Under the pieces are notes generated by a model, which had not been told where the DNA came from, searched no databases, and worked only from the letters and a program-made list of their open reading frames with translations. The translations under genes and the position numbers were made by a program. From Clostridiales bacterium (GTDB lineage: Bacteria > Bacillota > Proteinivoracia > UBA4975 > PWLI01), in contig PWLI01000156.1 in NCBI GenBank assembly GCA_003559415.1, positions 1 through 39,617 of the forward strand: a stretch of 39,617 nt of DNA, read 5' to 3'. Shown here piece after piece: positions 24,752-39,295 of the stretch; position 1 is the stretch's first letter, and each line of letters starts with the position of its first letter.

Positions 24752-24780
24752 ATTCTTGCAGATTACAGGAAAAAAGTCAA
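24752..24780 (-). promoter_or_regulatory. sigmaA promoter for rpmE
   Basis: TTGACT-17 bp-AAGAAT with extended TG on the minus strand. Confidence 0.55.
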
Positions 24781-24792
24781 GAGGAAAAAGTA

Positions 24793-24808
24793 TGGCACAT
24801 AAATTGCA
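24793..24808 (+). promoter_or_regulatory. sigma54 -24/-12 site upstream of rpoN
   Basis: TGGCAC-ataaa-TTGCA matches the TGGCAC-N5-TTGCW consensus exactly. Confidence 0.8.
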
Positions 24809-24833
24809 GGAAAACCACATCCTGTTGGCGAAG
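24806..24833 (+). promoter_or_regulatory. sigmaH-like promoter for rpoN overlapping the sigma54 site
   Basis: GCAGGA-18 bp-GAAG (GGCGAAGTA). Confidence 0.4.
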
Positions 24834-24860
24834 TAAACAATGGAGAAGGGAGGTGCGGCA

Positions 24861-26243
24861 ATGCGCCTGGAGTATAATATGGAAATGCGTCAGACACAAA
24901 AACTTTTGATGACCCCCCAGTTGCGTCAGGCGATTAAGTTGCTGCAGCTTCCGGTGATGGAATTGACCCAGTACCTGGATCAACAGTACATGGACAACCC
25001 AATGTTGGAGCTGGTGGAAACAGAAGAATCGGAGCAACCGGTCACGGATGAAGGCGCAGAAGAGGATGCCCCGGATTTTGACTGGGATCTTTGTTTTAGC
25101 GACATTCCGGAGTCCCGAGAACCAGTGAACCGGGAAGAGCAAGTGGGTTTTGAACAATATGTCAGCGACAGTGGAGATACTTTGCAGCAAAAGCTGCAAA
25201 AGCAGGTTAACATGCTTTGCTTGTCGCCAGAACAACGGAAGACGGCATCATATATAATTGACAGTTTGGATGAGTGTGGCTATCTCCAGCTCAGCTGCCC
25301 GGACATCTCCCAACAGTTGAATGTCAGCTTGGAGCAAGTGGAGCGGACGTTGAAAATGGTCCAGGGCCTGGAGCCTGCCGGTGTGGCGGCAAGAGATTTG
25401 AAAGAGTGTCTATTGCTTCAGCTCTGGCAGTTCAGTGATGTGCCTGCATATACTGAACAGATTGTGCGCGAACACCTGGATCTGCTGGCCAAGGGCAGGG
25501 TGCCGGTGCTGGCGGAAAAGCTGGGTGCGGAGATGACGGAAGTGCAAAGAGCCATAGACTTTGTCAGGGAATTGGAACCCCGGCCTGGCCTGGGTGTCGC
25601 CGATGTCAGTGATACCGTCTATGTATATCCGGATGTCAGTGTCTTGGATGTGGCTGGACAGTGGATAGTGTTGGTCAATGACAACTACTCGCCCCGGCTG
25701 CGTTTAAACCCTCTTTACCGACAATTGTTGGAAGCGGCCCAGAGCGAGGATACCCGGCAATTTCTGAAAGAAAAATACAGCGCTGCGTTATGGTTGTTGC
25801 GGGCAGTGGAGCAACGCCGTTCTACGCTGTACAAGATAACCGAGTTTCTGATTTCCTATCAAAAGGAATTCTTTCATCAGGGGGTTCATGCCTTGCGGCC
25901 GTTGCGCCTCAAAGACGTAGCCGATGCATTGGAAGTTCATGAGTCCACTGTCAGCAGGGCGGTCAACGGCAAATATGTTCAGACACCCCGGGGCATGTAT
26001 GAACTCAAGTACTTCTTTTCTGTCAACATTGAAACCAATGATGGCTGGGGGGTTTCCAGCACCTGCGTCAAGAAGCTGTTGCAGGACATGGTGGTGGCTG
26101 AAGATAAAGCTCAACCCTTCACCGACCAACAGATTGCTGAGTTGTTGCAGCAGAAGGGTGTGAAGATTTCCCGCCGCACCGTTGCCAAGTACCGTGAAGA
26201 ACTGGATATTGCCAGCTCTACCCTTCGCCGCCGCTGGGCATAG
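24861..26243 (+). CDS. rpoN: RNA polymerase sigma-54 factor (SigL)
   Basis: Region I QKLLMTPQLRQAIKLLQL, EPAGVAARDLKECLLLQL, HESTVSRAV HTH, RpoN box SRRTVAKYRE. ATG 24861 follows GGGAGGTG. Confidence 0.98.
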   Translation: MRLEYNMEMRQTQKLLMTPQLRQAIKLLQLPVMELTQYLDQQYMDNPMLELVETEESEQPVTDEGAEEDAPDFDWDLCFSDIPESREPVNREEQVGFEQYVSDSGDTLQQKLQKQVNMLCLSPEQRKTASYIIDSLDECGYLQLSCPDISQQLNVSLEQVERTLKMVQGLEPAGVAARDLKECLLLQLWQFSDVPAYTEQIVREHLDLLAKGRVPVLAEKLGAEMTEVQRAIDFVRELEPRPGLGVADVSDTVYVYPDVSVLDVAGQWIVLVNDNYSPRLRLNPLYRQLLEAAQSEDTRQFLKEKYSAALWLLRAVEQRRSTLYKITEFLISYQKEFFHQGVHALRPLRLKDVADALEVHESTVSRAVNGKYVQTPRGMYELKYFFSVNIETNDGWGVSSTCVKKLLQDMVVAEDKAQPFTDQQIAELLQQKGVKISRRTVAKYREELDIASSTLRRRWA

Positions 26244-26250
26244 GGTTGGC

Positions 26251-26279
26251 TTGCGCCCTGTCCCAGGGGTTGGTATAAT
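26251..26279 (+). promoter_or_regulatory. sigmaA promoter for the cggR-gap operon
   Basis: TTGCGC-17 bp-TATAAT with extended TG. Confidence 0.8.
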
Positions 26280-26310
26280 AAATAACAAACCTATATATTT
26301 TTACCCTGTG

Positions 26311-26346
26311 CGGGACATGTTCCATCCGTGCGGGACTAACTATGTC
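26311..26346 (+). promoter_or_regulatory. CggR operator
   Basis: CGGGAC-N6-CATC-N4-CGGGAC-N6-TGTC matches the B. subtilis CggR direct repeat CGGGAC-N6-TGTC-N4-CGGGAC-N6-TGTC; lies between promoter and RBS. Confidence 0.85.
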
Positions 26347-26360
26347 CCGGGAGGTGAGCC

Positions 26361-28428
<2,068 letters not shown>

Positions 28429-28443
28429 GCCGTAGTTTTGAGT

Positions 28444-28472
28444 CCGGCGGGCTTGCCCGCCGGTTAATCTTT
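28444..28472 (+). terminator. Strong hairpin between gap and pgk (partial terminator or mRNA stabiliser)
   Basis: CCGGCGGGC-tt-GCCCGCCGG followed by TTAATCTTT. Confidence 0.55.
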
Positions 28473-28484
28473 GGAGGTGATACA

Positions 28485-29672
28485 GTGGAGATTAAAACCC
28501 TCAAGGACGTACAACTTGATGGAAGAAGGGTATTGGTGCGGGCTGATTTCAATGTGCCCATGGACAATGGCCAAATCACCGATGATACCCGTATACGGAT
28601 GGTTCTTCCCACCATCAGCTACCTGATTGGCCGGGGAGCCCGGATTATTCTGGTGTCTCATCTGGGACGACCCAAGGGTGCGGTCAAAGAAGAGTTGCGC
28701 CTGGATCCCGTGGCACAGCACCTCAGCAATCTGTTGGGAGTGGAAGTGCTCAAGGCCGACAGCGCCGTCGGCTCGGAAGTGGCAGAGGCGGTGTCCCATT
28801 TGGGAAAGGGCTCCATACTGATGCTGGAGAATATTCGCTTTTACCCCGGAGAAGAATCCAATGATCCGGATTTCGCCCGGCAGTTGGCCAGCTTGGCAGA
28901 TATCTTTGTCAATGATGCCTTTGGCACGTCCCACCGGGCCCATGCCAGCACGGCAGGAGTGGCAGACTACCTGCCCACGGTGGCCGGCTTGCTGATGGCC
29001 AAGGAAATAGACATGCTGAGCCGTGTTATGGAAAAACCTGCCCGCCCCTTTGTGGCCATTATTGGCGGAGCCAAGGTGTCGGACAAAATTGGCGTCATCC
29101 GCAACCTGCTGGACAAGGTGGACAGCCTGGTAATAGGTGGCGGCATGGCCAACACCTTCCTGGCCGCCCAGGGAATTGAAATGGGACAATCGCTGGTTGA
29201 ACAGGACAAGTTGGAACTGGCCAGGGAGCTCATGAAATTGGCAGAGCAAAAGGATGTAGAACTGCTGCTGCCGGTGGATCTTGTGCTGGCAGAGGAGTTT
29301 TCCGCCTCGGCAAATTCCCGGACTGTCGATGCTGGCCAGGGAGTGCCCAGTGGTTGGCAGGCGCTGGACATCGGGCCCAAGAGTTGTCAGCTGTTCAGCA
29401 AAAAGATTGCAGATGCTGCAACAGTGGTATGGAACGGGCCCATGGGTGTTTTTGAGTTTGATGCCTTTGCCGCGGGAACCGATGCGGTGGCTGCCGCACT
29501 GGCTGAAAGTGAGTCTTTCTCCCTGGTGGGTGGTGGAGACTCGGTGGCTGCCCTGGAAAAACTGGGCAAGACCGGGGCCGTTGATCACATATCCACCGGC
29601 GGCGGTGCTTCCCTGGAGTACCTGGAAGGCAAAGAACTGCCGGGGATTTCCGTATTGAAGGGGGAAAAATGA
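28485..29672 (+). CDS. pgk: Phosphoglycerate kinase
   Basis: RADFNVP, SHLGRP, GGAKVSDKI, WNGPMGVFE, HISTGGGASLE. Confidence 0.98.
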   Translation: MEIKTLKDVQLDGRRVLVRADFNVPMDNGQITDDTRIRMVLPTISYLIGRGARIILVSHLGRPKGAVKEELRLDPVAQHLSNLLGVEVLKADSAVGSEVAEAVSHLGKGSILMLENIRFYPGEESNDPDFARQLASLADIFVNDAFGTSHRAHASTAGVADYLPTVAGLLMAKEIDMLSRVMEKPARPFVAIIGGAKVSDKIGVIRNLLDKVDSLVIGGGMANTFLAAQGIEMGQSLVEQDKLELARELMKLAEQKDVELLLPVDLVLAEEFSASANSRTVDAGQGVPSGWQALDIGPKSCQLFSKKIADAATVVWNGPMGVFEFDAFAAGTDAVAAALAESESFSLVGGGDSVAALEKLGKTGAVDHISTGGGASLEYLEGKELPGISVLKGEK

Positions 29673-30407
29673 TGCGTCGTCCCGTTATAGCAGGAAACTG
29701 GAAGATGAATATGACCAGTCAGCAAGCCAGAACATGGGTCAACCAGTTCAAGGCGCTGGTGGCTGATGTTTCATCGGCGGATATTGTGGTCTGCCCGCCC
29801 CACGTATTGTTGTCCCAGGTTTGCAATGACCTCCAGGGCACCGGCTTCAAGGTTGGCGCCCAGAACATGCACTGGGAGGATGAGGGGGCGTACACCGGTG
29901 AAACCTCGCCGGCTATGCTCAAGGATGTGGGCTGCAGCCACGTACTGCTTGGCCACTCCGAGCGCCGGGCGCTGTTTGGTGAAACTGACCAGCATGTGAA
30001 CAAAAAACTGCATGCTGCGCTCAACAACAATATTACTCCCGTTTTATGTGTTGGTGAAACGCTGGAGCAGCGTGAACAAGGTGAAACTGAACAGGTATGC
30101 AAAACCCAGGTCATGGCGGGCCTGGCCCAGGTGTCTGAACAATTGCCCCGGGTAGTAATTGCCTATGAGCCGGTCTGGGCCATTGGCACCGGGCGCACAG
30201 CCACACCGGAAGATGCCCAAGCCGTCATAGGCTTTATCCGGGGATTGCTGCGCGAGAATTGGGACACAGCTGATTCTGTTGCCATACTCTACGGCGGCAG
30301 CGTCAAACCCGACAACATCGATGGCCTTATGGCCCAGCAGGATATCGACGGAGTGTTGGTGGGCGGCGCCAGCCTGGACCCTCAGGGTTTTGCCAGGATA
30401 GTCAAGT

Positions 30408-30415
<8 letters not shown>
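29669..30415 (+). CDS. tpiA: Triosephosphate isomerase
   Basis: AGNWKMN, GHSERR, AYEPVWAIGTG, YGGSV, LVGGASL. Confidence 0.98.
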
Positions 30416-33223
<2,808 letters not shown>

Positions 33224-33233
33224 GTAAGCGCCA

Positions 33234-33268
33234 AACTGCGGGGGCAGTGGCCCCCGCGGTTGTTTTTT
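33234..33268 (+). terminator. Terminator after eno
   Basis: AACTGCGGGGGC-agtg-GCCCCCGCGGTT followed by GTTTTTT. Confidence 0.8.
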
Positions 33269-33279
33269 ATAACTTGTTG

Positions 33280-33288
33280 TGGTAGAAT
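33280..33288 (+). promoter_or_regulatory. Extended -10 promoter (TGgTAGAAT) for secG
   Basis: TGn plus TAGAAT between the terminator and the RBS. Confidence 0.55.
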
Positions 33289-33327
33289 CAGGGTTAGTTT
33301 GATGGGACTATATCGGAGGTGCCTAAT

Positions 33328-33561
33328 ATGAATACCGACCTTATACTTAAGCTGGTTCACGGCTTGCTGGCCCTGGCAGTTATCGCAGGAGTGCTGCTTC
33401 AGCCGGGGAAAAGCGCGGGCCTTGGTTCAATCGCCGGCGGTGCCGAAACATTCTTCGGCAAGCAGAAGGGGATGGAACAGAAACTGGCCCGGTTGACATC
33501 TGTGGCCGCCATTCTCTTCATGATCAGTTCGGTGGTGCTTGCCTTTTTCGTAGGCCGCTAA
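33328..33561 (+). CDS. secG: Preprotein translocase subunit SecG
   Basis: VLLQPGKSAGLGSIAGGAETFFGKQKG...LARLT; position after eno. Confidence 0.95.
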   Translation: MNTDLILKLVHGLLALAVIAGVLLQPGKSAGLGSIAGGAETFFGKQKGMEQKLARLTSVAAILFMISSVVLAFFVGR

Positions 33562-33595
33562 TGCCTTAACCCGTTCCGGGTTGGGGTATCTTTTT
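33561..33595 (+). terminator. GU-containing hairpin with T run between secG and hppA
   Basis: ATGCCTTAACCCG-ttc-CGGGTTGGGGTAT followed by CTTTTT. Confidence 0.5.
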
Positions 33596-33618
33596 GATTA
33601 GCATAAAGGAGGGTTTTC

Positions 33619-35655
33619 ATGGAACAACTTCTTTACTTCATTCCCGCCCTGGGTGTGATTGCCCTGATTTATGCCGGAGTGCTGACTCGCCGTGTTCGGG
33701 CAGCTGAGCCCGGCAACGAGAAAATGCAGGAATTGGGCAAGGCAATCAACGAGGGCGCCATGGCGTTTCTAAACCGGGAATATCGTTCACTAATACTATT
33801 TGTTATTTTGGTTGCCGTTGGCCTGGTCTTTGCCATTGGATTGTCCCAGGATGATTACACCGCCGGGGCCTTTACCGCCATTTCCTTCCTGGTCGGCGCA
33901 ATTTTCTCCGGCCTGGCTGGAAATGTGGGCATGCGCATTGCTACAATGGCCAACAACCGCACCGCCCAGGCTGCCCGCAGCGGCCTCAACCCTGCCCTGA
34001 ATGTGGCTTTTTCCGGGGGAGCGGTCATGGGCATGTCGGTGGTGGGCTTGGGCCTTATTGGCGTCAGCCTGCTCTACATGGTATTCAGGGAGCCGGCGAT
34101 AGTCAATGGCTTTGCCCTGGGAGCCAGTTCAATAGCCCTGTTCGGCCGTGTCGGCGGCGGCATCTATACCAAGGCCGCTGATGTTGGCGCTGACCTGGTG
34201 GGCAAGATAGAGGCTGGCATTCCGGAAGACGACCCCCGCAACCCTGCTGTAATTGCCGACAACGTTGGCGACAACGTCGGTGACGTGGCGGGAATGGGCG
34301 CCGACCTCTTTGAGTCATATGTTGGCTCGATTATTGCTGCCATGACATTGGGCCTGGTAACCTTCAGTGGCGAACTGCAGTTCAACGCTGTGCTGCTGCC
34401 CATGCTGATTGCCGGGTTTGGCATCCTTTCCTCAATAATTGGCACCTTCTTTGTCAAGACCAAGGAGGGGGGAAACCCCAGTGCTGCTCTGGAAAGGGGA
34501 ACCTGGGTAAGCGGCGGATTATTGCTGGTGGCAGCTTTCTTTCTAAATCGTTGGTTGCTGGGCAGCAATGGCTATTTTTACGCAATCATTGCCGGTTTGT
34601 TGGCTGGCCTTATCATCGGCCGCCTGACCGAGTACTATACATCTTCCCAGTACAAGCCGGTCAAGGGCATTGCTGACAGTTCCCAGACCGGCCCCGCCAC
34701 CAACATCATCAGTGGCCTGTCAGTGGGTATGCGCAGCACCATGTTCCCCATTCTGGTCATTGCCGTTGCCATACTGGCTGCATTCAACCTGGCAGCTGAC
34801 GGCAGCACCGCCCAGGGCCTTTATGGCATCGCCCTGGCAGCGGTGGGCATGTTGTCCATCGTAGGCACCATAGTATCTGTTGACGCCTATGGCCCCATTG
34901 CCGACAATGCCGGCGGCATTGCGGAAATGGCCCAGTTGCCCAAGGAAGTGCGCAGCATTACCGACAACCTGGATGCCGTTGGCAACACAACGGCAGCGAT
35001 AGGCAAGGGCGTGGCAATCGCTTCTGCTGCCCTTACAGCATTGGCGCTGTTTTCCGCCTACACCCAGACGGTGGGCCTGACAGTAATCGACTTGACCAGC
35101 GACCGGGTTATTGCCGGGCTGTTAATTGGCGGCATGCTGCCCTTCCTGTTTTCTGCCATAACCATGGAAGCGGTGGGCAAAGCTGCCTTCAAGATGATTG
35201 AAGAAGTGCGCCGCCAGTTCCGGGAAATCCCCGGCATTATGGAAGGCAAGGGCAAACCTGACTATGCCCGTTGTGTTTCCATAAGCACCGATGCGGCTAT
35301 TAAGGAAATGGTAGTCCCCGGTTTGTTGGCCGTTGTTGTCCCCTTGGCTGTAGGCAGCCTGTTGGGGCCTGAGGCACTGGGCGGCCTGTTGGCGGGAGCT
35401 TTGGTCACTGGTGTGCTGCTGGCGATTTTCATGGCCAACGCCGGTGGCGCCTGGGACAATGCCAAGAAGTATATTGAGGGTGGAGCCTACGGAGGGAAAG
35501 GGACCGAGACCCATGCTGCCTCTATTGTCGGTGACACCGTTGGCGACCCCTTCAAAGACACTTCCGGGCCGTCCATCAACATTCTTATCAAGTTGATGAC
35601 CATTGTTTCCCTGGTCTTTGCGCCCCTTTTCCGTTTTCTGGCGGATAAGTTTTAG
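33619..35655 (+). CDS. hppA: Membrane-integral pyrophosphatase, K+-dependent, likely Na+-translocating
   Basis: [44 protein letters not shown]; GNTTAA (K+-dependent type); DLFESY (helix-6 Glu). Confidence 0.96.
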   Translation: MEQLLYFIPALGVIALIYAGVLTRRVRAAEPGNEKMQELGKAINEGAMAFLNREYRSLILFVILVAVGLVFAIGLSQDDYTAGAFTAISFLVGAIFSGLAGNVGMRIATMANNRTAQAARSGLNPALNVAFSGGAVMGMSVVGLGLIGVSLLYMVFREPAIVNGFALGASSIALFGRVGGGIYTKAADVGADLVGKIEAGIPEDDPRNPAVIADNVGDNVGDVAGMGADLFESYVGSIIAAMTLGLVTFSGELQFNAVLLPMLIAGFGILSSIIGTFFVKTKEGGNPSAALERGTWVSGGLLLVAAFFLNRWLLGSNGYFYAIIAGLLAGLIIGRLTEYYTSSQYKPVKGIADSSQTGPATNIISGLSVGMRSTMFPILVIAVAILAAFNLAADGSTAQGLYGIALAAVGMLSIVGTIVSVDAYGPIADNAGGIAEMAQLPKEVRSITDNLDAVGNTTAAIGKGVAIASAALTALALFSAYTQTVGLTVIDLTSDRVIAGLLIGGMLPFLFSAITMEAVGKAAFKMIEEVRRQFREIPGIMEGKGKPDYARCVSISTDAAIKEMVVPGLLAVVVPLAVGSLLGPEALGGLLAGALVTGVLLAIFMANAGGAWDNAKKYIEGGAYGGKGTETHAASIVGDTVGDPFKDTSGPSINILIKLMTIVSLVFAPLFRFLADKF

Positions 35656-35664
35656 ACATGTTTC

Positions 35665-35691
35665 CAGGCCCGGCAATGCCGGGCCTGTTTT
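35665..35691 (+). terminator. Terminator after hppA
   Basis: CAGGCCCGGC-aat-GCCGGGCCTG followed by TTTT. Confidence 0.85.
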
Positions 35692-35701
35692 AATGTCAGA
35701 G

Positions 35702-35729
35702 GAAGGAATCGGCAACTGGCACCGAGAAT
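35702..35729 (+). promoter_or_regulatory. sigmaH-like promoter for the MFS gene
   Basis: GAAGGA-18 bp-GAAT right after a terminator. Confidence 0.45.
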
Positions 35730-35784
35730 ATGTTTAGTGAATCTAAATATCAGGCAACAGAAGGCCTGTGTGGAGGTTTTTCGT

Positions 35785-37032
35785 TTGGCTCAAGCTGACA
35801 GCAATTCAAATTCCCAACGCCTTGATTATGGGAAACTGATGATTATTTCCATGGCCTACATTGCCCTGGGGCTCAATGTCCAGGGGTTCAAGGCCATGCT
35901 GCCCCTGGTGCGCAGCGACCTGCTGTTGTCTGGCACCCAGGCGGGGCTTTACACAACTTTTTTCTTCCTCAGTGCCACAATTATCGCTGTGTTCAGCGGC
36001 CGGGTGGTGGACACGTTGGGCTCCAAGCGGGGCCTTGTGCTGGGCGCCTTTATCGTCGGCGCGGTGATGTTGCTTCACTCCTTTGTTCCTGCCCTTTCGC
36101 TGCTGTTGGCGCTGGCCTTTTTCACCGGCATAGGGTTCAGCATTATTACCCCTTCGGTTAACAAGGGGGTAATGGAAATTGTGCCAGCCCGCCGTCGCGC
36201 CCTTTCCCTGGGTATAACCCAGGCCGGCGGAGGTATAGGCGCAATTCTCGGCGCCAGCCTGTTGCCGCTCTTTGGCCAGATCTATGGATGGCGGACCGCA
36301 ATTTTTGTGGCAGGGCTGGTGGCCATCGGTTTCAGCCTGCTGTTGTTGGTGGCTTACAAGCCGCCGCGTCCGGACAGCACTGCTTCTCCGTCATCTTCGA
36401 GTTTTTGGCAAGATGTAAAGCTTTTGCTGGGCAACAAAGCCCTGCTGTGTGTGGCCATGATGGGGTTTCTGTTTGGATTTACCCTCAGCACAGTCACCAC
36501 CCATCTGGCGATTTTTTTGAACTATGAAATCGGCCTGACGCCGGCTCTCGCGGGCTTTGCCCTGGCTGTTTTCCAGATTGGCGGCGTGTTTGGCAAGACA
36601 GGGTGGGGTTATATTAACGACACATACCTATGGGGCAACCGGCGAATGGGTTTCTTGCTTATCGGTGTTTTGGCTGCCAGTGCCACTCTTTTGTTGGGCA
36701 CATTGGTGCCAATGGGCGTAATCAGTGGTGTGGGCGTATTTGTGGTGGTTTTCTATTTTGGCGCCACCGGCATGGGCATACCGGGTTTGTTCTTTGCTGC
36801 GGTGGGTGACATTGTGTCGGATAAACTCATGGGCACCGCCACCGGACTGTCGCTGGTTTTTATCCGGGTTGGCGTGGTTACCGGGCCGCCGCTCTTCGGG
36901 CTTATTGCCGACTGGCAGGGCAGCTATCGTCCCAGCTGGATTATGTTGGGAGTGATAATGTTGACACTGACAACCTTGTTCTACATATTGGCCGGGCGGT
37001 TTCTCCCTGCTCCATCCAGTCAGCAAAGGTGA
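35785..37032 (+). CDS. MFS transporter (about 12 TM)
   Basis: Motif A GRVVDTLGSKR, second-half GYINDTYLWGNRR, GPPLFGLIAD. TTG 35785 follows GGAGG. Confidence 0.92.
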   Translation: MAQADSNSNSQRLDYGKLMIISMAYIALGLNVQGFKAMLPLVRSDLLLSGTQAGLYTTFFFLSATIIAVFSGRVVDTLGSKRGLVLGAFIVGAVMLLHSFVPALSLLLALAFFTGIGFSIITPSVNKGVMEIVPARRRALSLGITQAGGGIGAILGASLLPLFGQIYGWRTAIFVAGLVAIGFSLLLLVAYKPPRPDSTASPSSSSFWQDVKLLLGNKALLCVAMMGFLFGFTLSTVTTHLAIFLNYEIGLTPALAGFALAVFQIGGVFGKTGWGYINDTYLWGNRRMGFLLIGVLAASATLLLGTLVPMGVISGVGVFVVVFYFGATGMGIPGLFFAAVGDIVSDKLMGTATGLSLVFIRVGVVTGPPLFGLIADWQGSYRPSWIMLGVIMLTLTTLFYILAGRFLPAPSSQQR

Positions 37033-37052
37033 CTGTAACCGGTGACAATTTA

Positions 37053-37061
37053 TGATATAAT
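37053..37061 (+). promoter_or_regulatory. Extended -10 promoter (TGaTATAAT)
   Basis: Perfect TGnTATAAT upstream of the 37100 gene. Confidence 0.65.
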
Positions 37062-37099
37062 CAGGAAAATGACTACTTTTGCATGCGGAGGGAATTGCC

Positions 37100-37651
37100 T
37101 TGACATTTAGATTTCCCCCCTGGTTCAAGACGGTTATGTACATATTTTTTGTCATCAGTGCGGTAACATTGCTTGCCCTGCTGCTGTTGGCCTTTGACGT
37201 GGCTCCCGCCCTGGATGTGGAACCGCTGACGGACCTGCAGCCAGCCAGGATGTTGGGCATTGTGGTGTTTTTCGCAGTGCTGTACGCACTTTCTGAAAAA
37301 ATGCTCGTAAAACTGATTTCGGCGCTGGGAGCTGTGCTGTCAGGGGCTGCTTCGGTTTTTTCTTTTGTCACCGTTGCAGACAACGTCCATGTGGGCACCC
37401 TTATAGCTTTGATGCTGGTGGGGATGACGCTTTTCTACCTCCACCGCAAGACATCGATGGGGCACGCTGCGTTGCAATTGCAACTGGTGGCGTTCCTTTC
37501 TGTAATCTACTTGATGTTTTACCAGTATGACGAATCAATGAAGCTGTTTATGCAGGCAATCGTCAGCGTTCCCTATGTGCTGTTCTACTGGGTAGTGATG
37601 TCTGCAGCCAAACAAGCGCTGTACCAACGACCAACTGAGCCAACTGAGTAA
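37100..37651 (+). CDS. Hypothetical polytopic membrane protein (about 6 TM)
   Basis: GGAGGG RBS before TTG 37100; alternating hydrophobic helices. Confidence 0.75.
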   Translation: MTFRFPPWFKTVMYIFFVISAVTLLALLLLAFDVAPALDVEPLTDLQPARMLGIVVFFAVLYALSEKMLVKLISALGAVLSGAASVFSFVTVADNVHVGTLIALMLVGMTLFYLHRKTSMGHAALQLQLVAFLSVIYLMFYQYDESMKLFMQAIVSVPYVLFYWVVMSAAKQALYQRPTEPTE

Positions 37652-37679
37652 CACCCCGGTGTCGGCAGGAGGTGGGTTA

Positions 37680-38432
37680 TTGAACATCGATGCTCAGCTT
37701 TTGCAACCATATACCGCCTGGGGCGGCCGGACCGGCTGCCTGTTGGTGCACGGATTCACCAGCGCACCGCCGGATGTTCTGCCGCTGGCCCGCCATCTTC
37801 ATGGTGCCATGGGCATGTCTGTCCATTGCCCGGTGCTGCCGGGCCACAGCCGCACCCCGGAAGATATGGCCCGCTACAATGAACAGCACTGGCTGGAAGC
37901 GGTGGACCGGGGCGTGGAGTTGCTGGGAGAAAAATGTTCAAGAGTATGGCTGGTTGGGTTTTCCATGGGCGGTGTGTTATGCATTGTTACCGCTGCCCGT
38001 CGGCCGGTTGAGGGGGTCATCAGCCTGGCTGCCCCGGTTTGGCCTCGGCCGTTTATCAGCCGATTTTCCCGGGTGTTGGAGCGCACACGGCCGTGGTTGC
38101 CCATGGCCCAACGCCCGCCAATGGAAGAACCTTCCTGGCGCTATGACCGGGTGGCTGCCAAAAACGTCACCGACCTGTATCGTTTGATAAACATGATGCG
38201 GCAATGCTTGCCCAGCATCGACAAGCCCGTGTTGGTGGTGCAGGGCGGCCGGGACAAGACGGTGCGGCCAGCCAGCGGGAAATATATATATATAAAACTG
38301 GCAAGCCAAGACAAGGAGTTGGAGTGGATTGACGACAGCGGACATTTGCTGTTGTTGGGTAAAAACCGCCAGCGGGTAATCAACAGCTGTGCCCGGTTTA
38401 TTGAACAAAGGTTGGGGGGATCGGAATGGTAG
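37680..38432 (+). CDS. Alpha/beta hydrolase, carboxylesterase/monoacylglycerol lipase (YvaK/Est-like)
   Basis: LVHGFT oxyanion motif, GFSMGG nucleophile, RDKTV Asp, SGHLL His. TTG 37680 follows AGGAGGTG. Confidence 0.9.
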   Translation: MNIDAQLLQPYTAWGGRTGCLLVHGFTSAPPDVLPLARHLHGAMGMSVHCPVLPGHSRTPEDMARYNEQHWLEAVDRGVELLGEKCSRVWLVGFSMGGVLCIVTAARRPVEGVISLAAPVWPRPFISRFSRVLERTRPWLPMAQRPPMEEPSWRYDRVAAKNVTDLYRLINMMRQCLPSIDKPVLVVQGGRDKTVRPASGKYIYIKLASQDKELEWIDDSGHLLLLGKNRQRVINSCARFIEQRLGGSEW

Positions 38433-39295
38433 TGATAAGGAAAGCCGGCGGCCAGGACTGTGAATTGCTGGCCCGCATTAATGAAGATGAAAATGCAGAT
38501 TTTCTTTGCCATGTCTACACTTCCTGGCAAAAACAGGGTGGGCTTTTTTTGGCAGAGAGGGAAGGTGAACTGGTGGGCTTTTGCGGGCTGACCTTTCCCG
38601 CCCCCACTGAGGCCCAGATTTTAGGCATACGTTTGCTGCCGGATTATCAAAAAGAAAACATCGGCAGGGACTTTGTTATCGCCCTTATCCAAGAGGCCCA
38701 ACAGGCGGGATGCAACATCGTCCGCATGCTTACTTCTACCGAGAACTATGAAACCCAGGCTGCACTCCAGCGGAATTTGAGTTTTGAACGGCGGGGGACA
38801 TGGGTGGTCGGCTACAGGGAGCCGCTTGTTTCATCGATCACCTCAGCGCCGCCGCTGAAACCCTTTACTCCCGACGGGCTGGAAGAGGTTTGGCAATTTC
38901 TGCAGTACAGCCTCACATATCGCCACAGCGAAGGGTTGCTGTTTAAGCCCGAGTATACTTACCGCAGCTTTTCCAAGGCCCACTTGGGCCGCTTGATGGA
39001 CGCAGGCCAGGTTTATGGCGCCTATGAGGGAGACATGCTGGCCGGTGTGGCGGTGGCCCAGGTTTGTGACGATGTGATGGTTATCAGGTATATCGATGCC
39101 CGCATGCCGGTTGTGCCGGAGCTTTTGCATGGTTTGCTGGCTGACAAGGATGTTTCGCTGCTGACCTCGGCGGTGCCCACCAGCTGTTACCGGGACGTAA
39201 AGCCTGTGTTGGAAAAACTGGTAGAAAAACACCAGCCGGATCACTGGCTGGTGATGGAAAAAGAAGTTTCGCCATTGGCCATGCCCCGGGACTGA
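38426..39295 (+). CDS. GNAT-family N-acetyltransferase with additional C-terminal domain
   Basis: FLAEREGELVGF...GIRLLPDYQKENIGR (motif A-like)...TENYETQAAL...FERRG; overlaps the esterase stop. Confidence 0.75.
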   Translation: MVVIRKAGGQDCELLARINEDENADFLCHVYTSWQKQGGLFLAEREGELVGFCGLTFPAPTEAQILGIRLLPDYQKENIGRDFVIALIQEAQQAGCNIVRMLTSTENYETQAALQRNLSFERRGTWVVGYREPLVSSITSAPPLKPFTPDGLEEVWQFLQYSLTYRHSEGLLFKPEYTYRSFSKAHLGRLMDAGQVYGAYEGDMLAGVAVAQVCDDVMVIRYIDARMPVVPELLHGLLADKDVSLLTSAVPTSCYRDVKPVLEKLVEKHQPDHWLVMEKEVSPLAMPRD

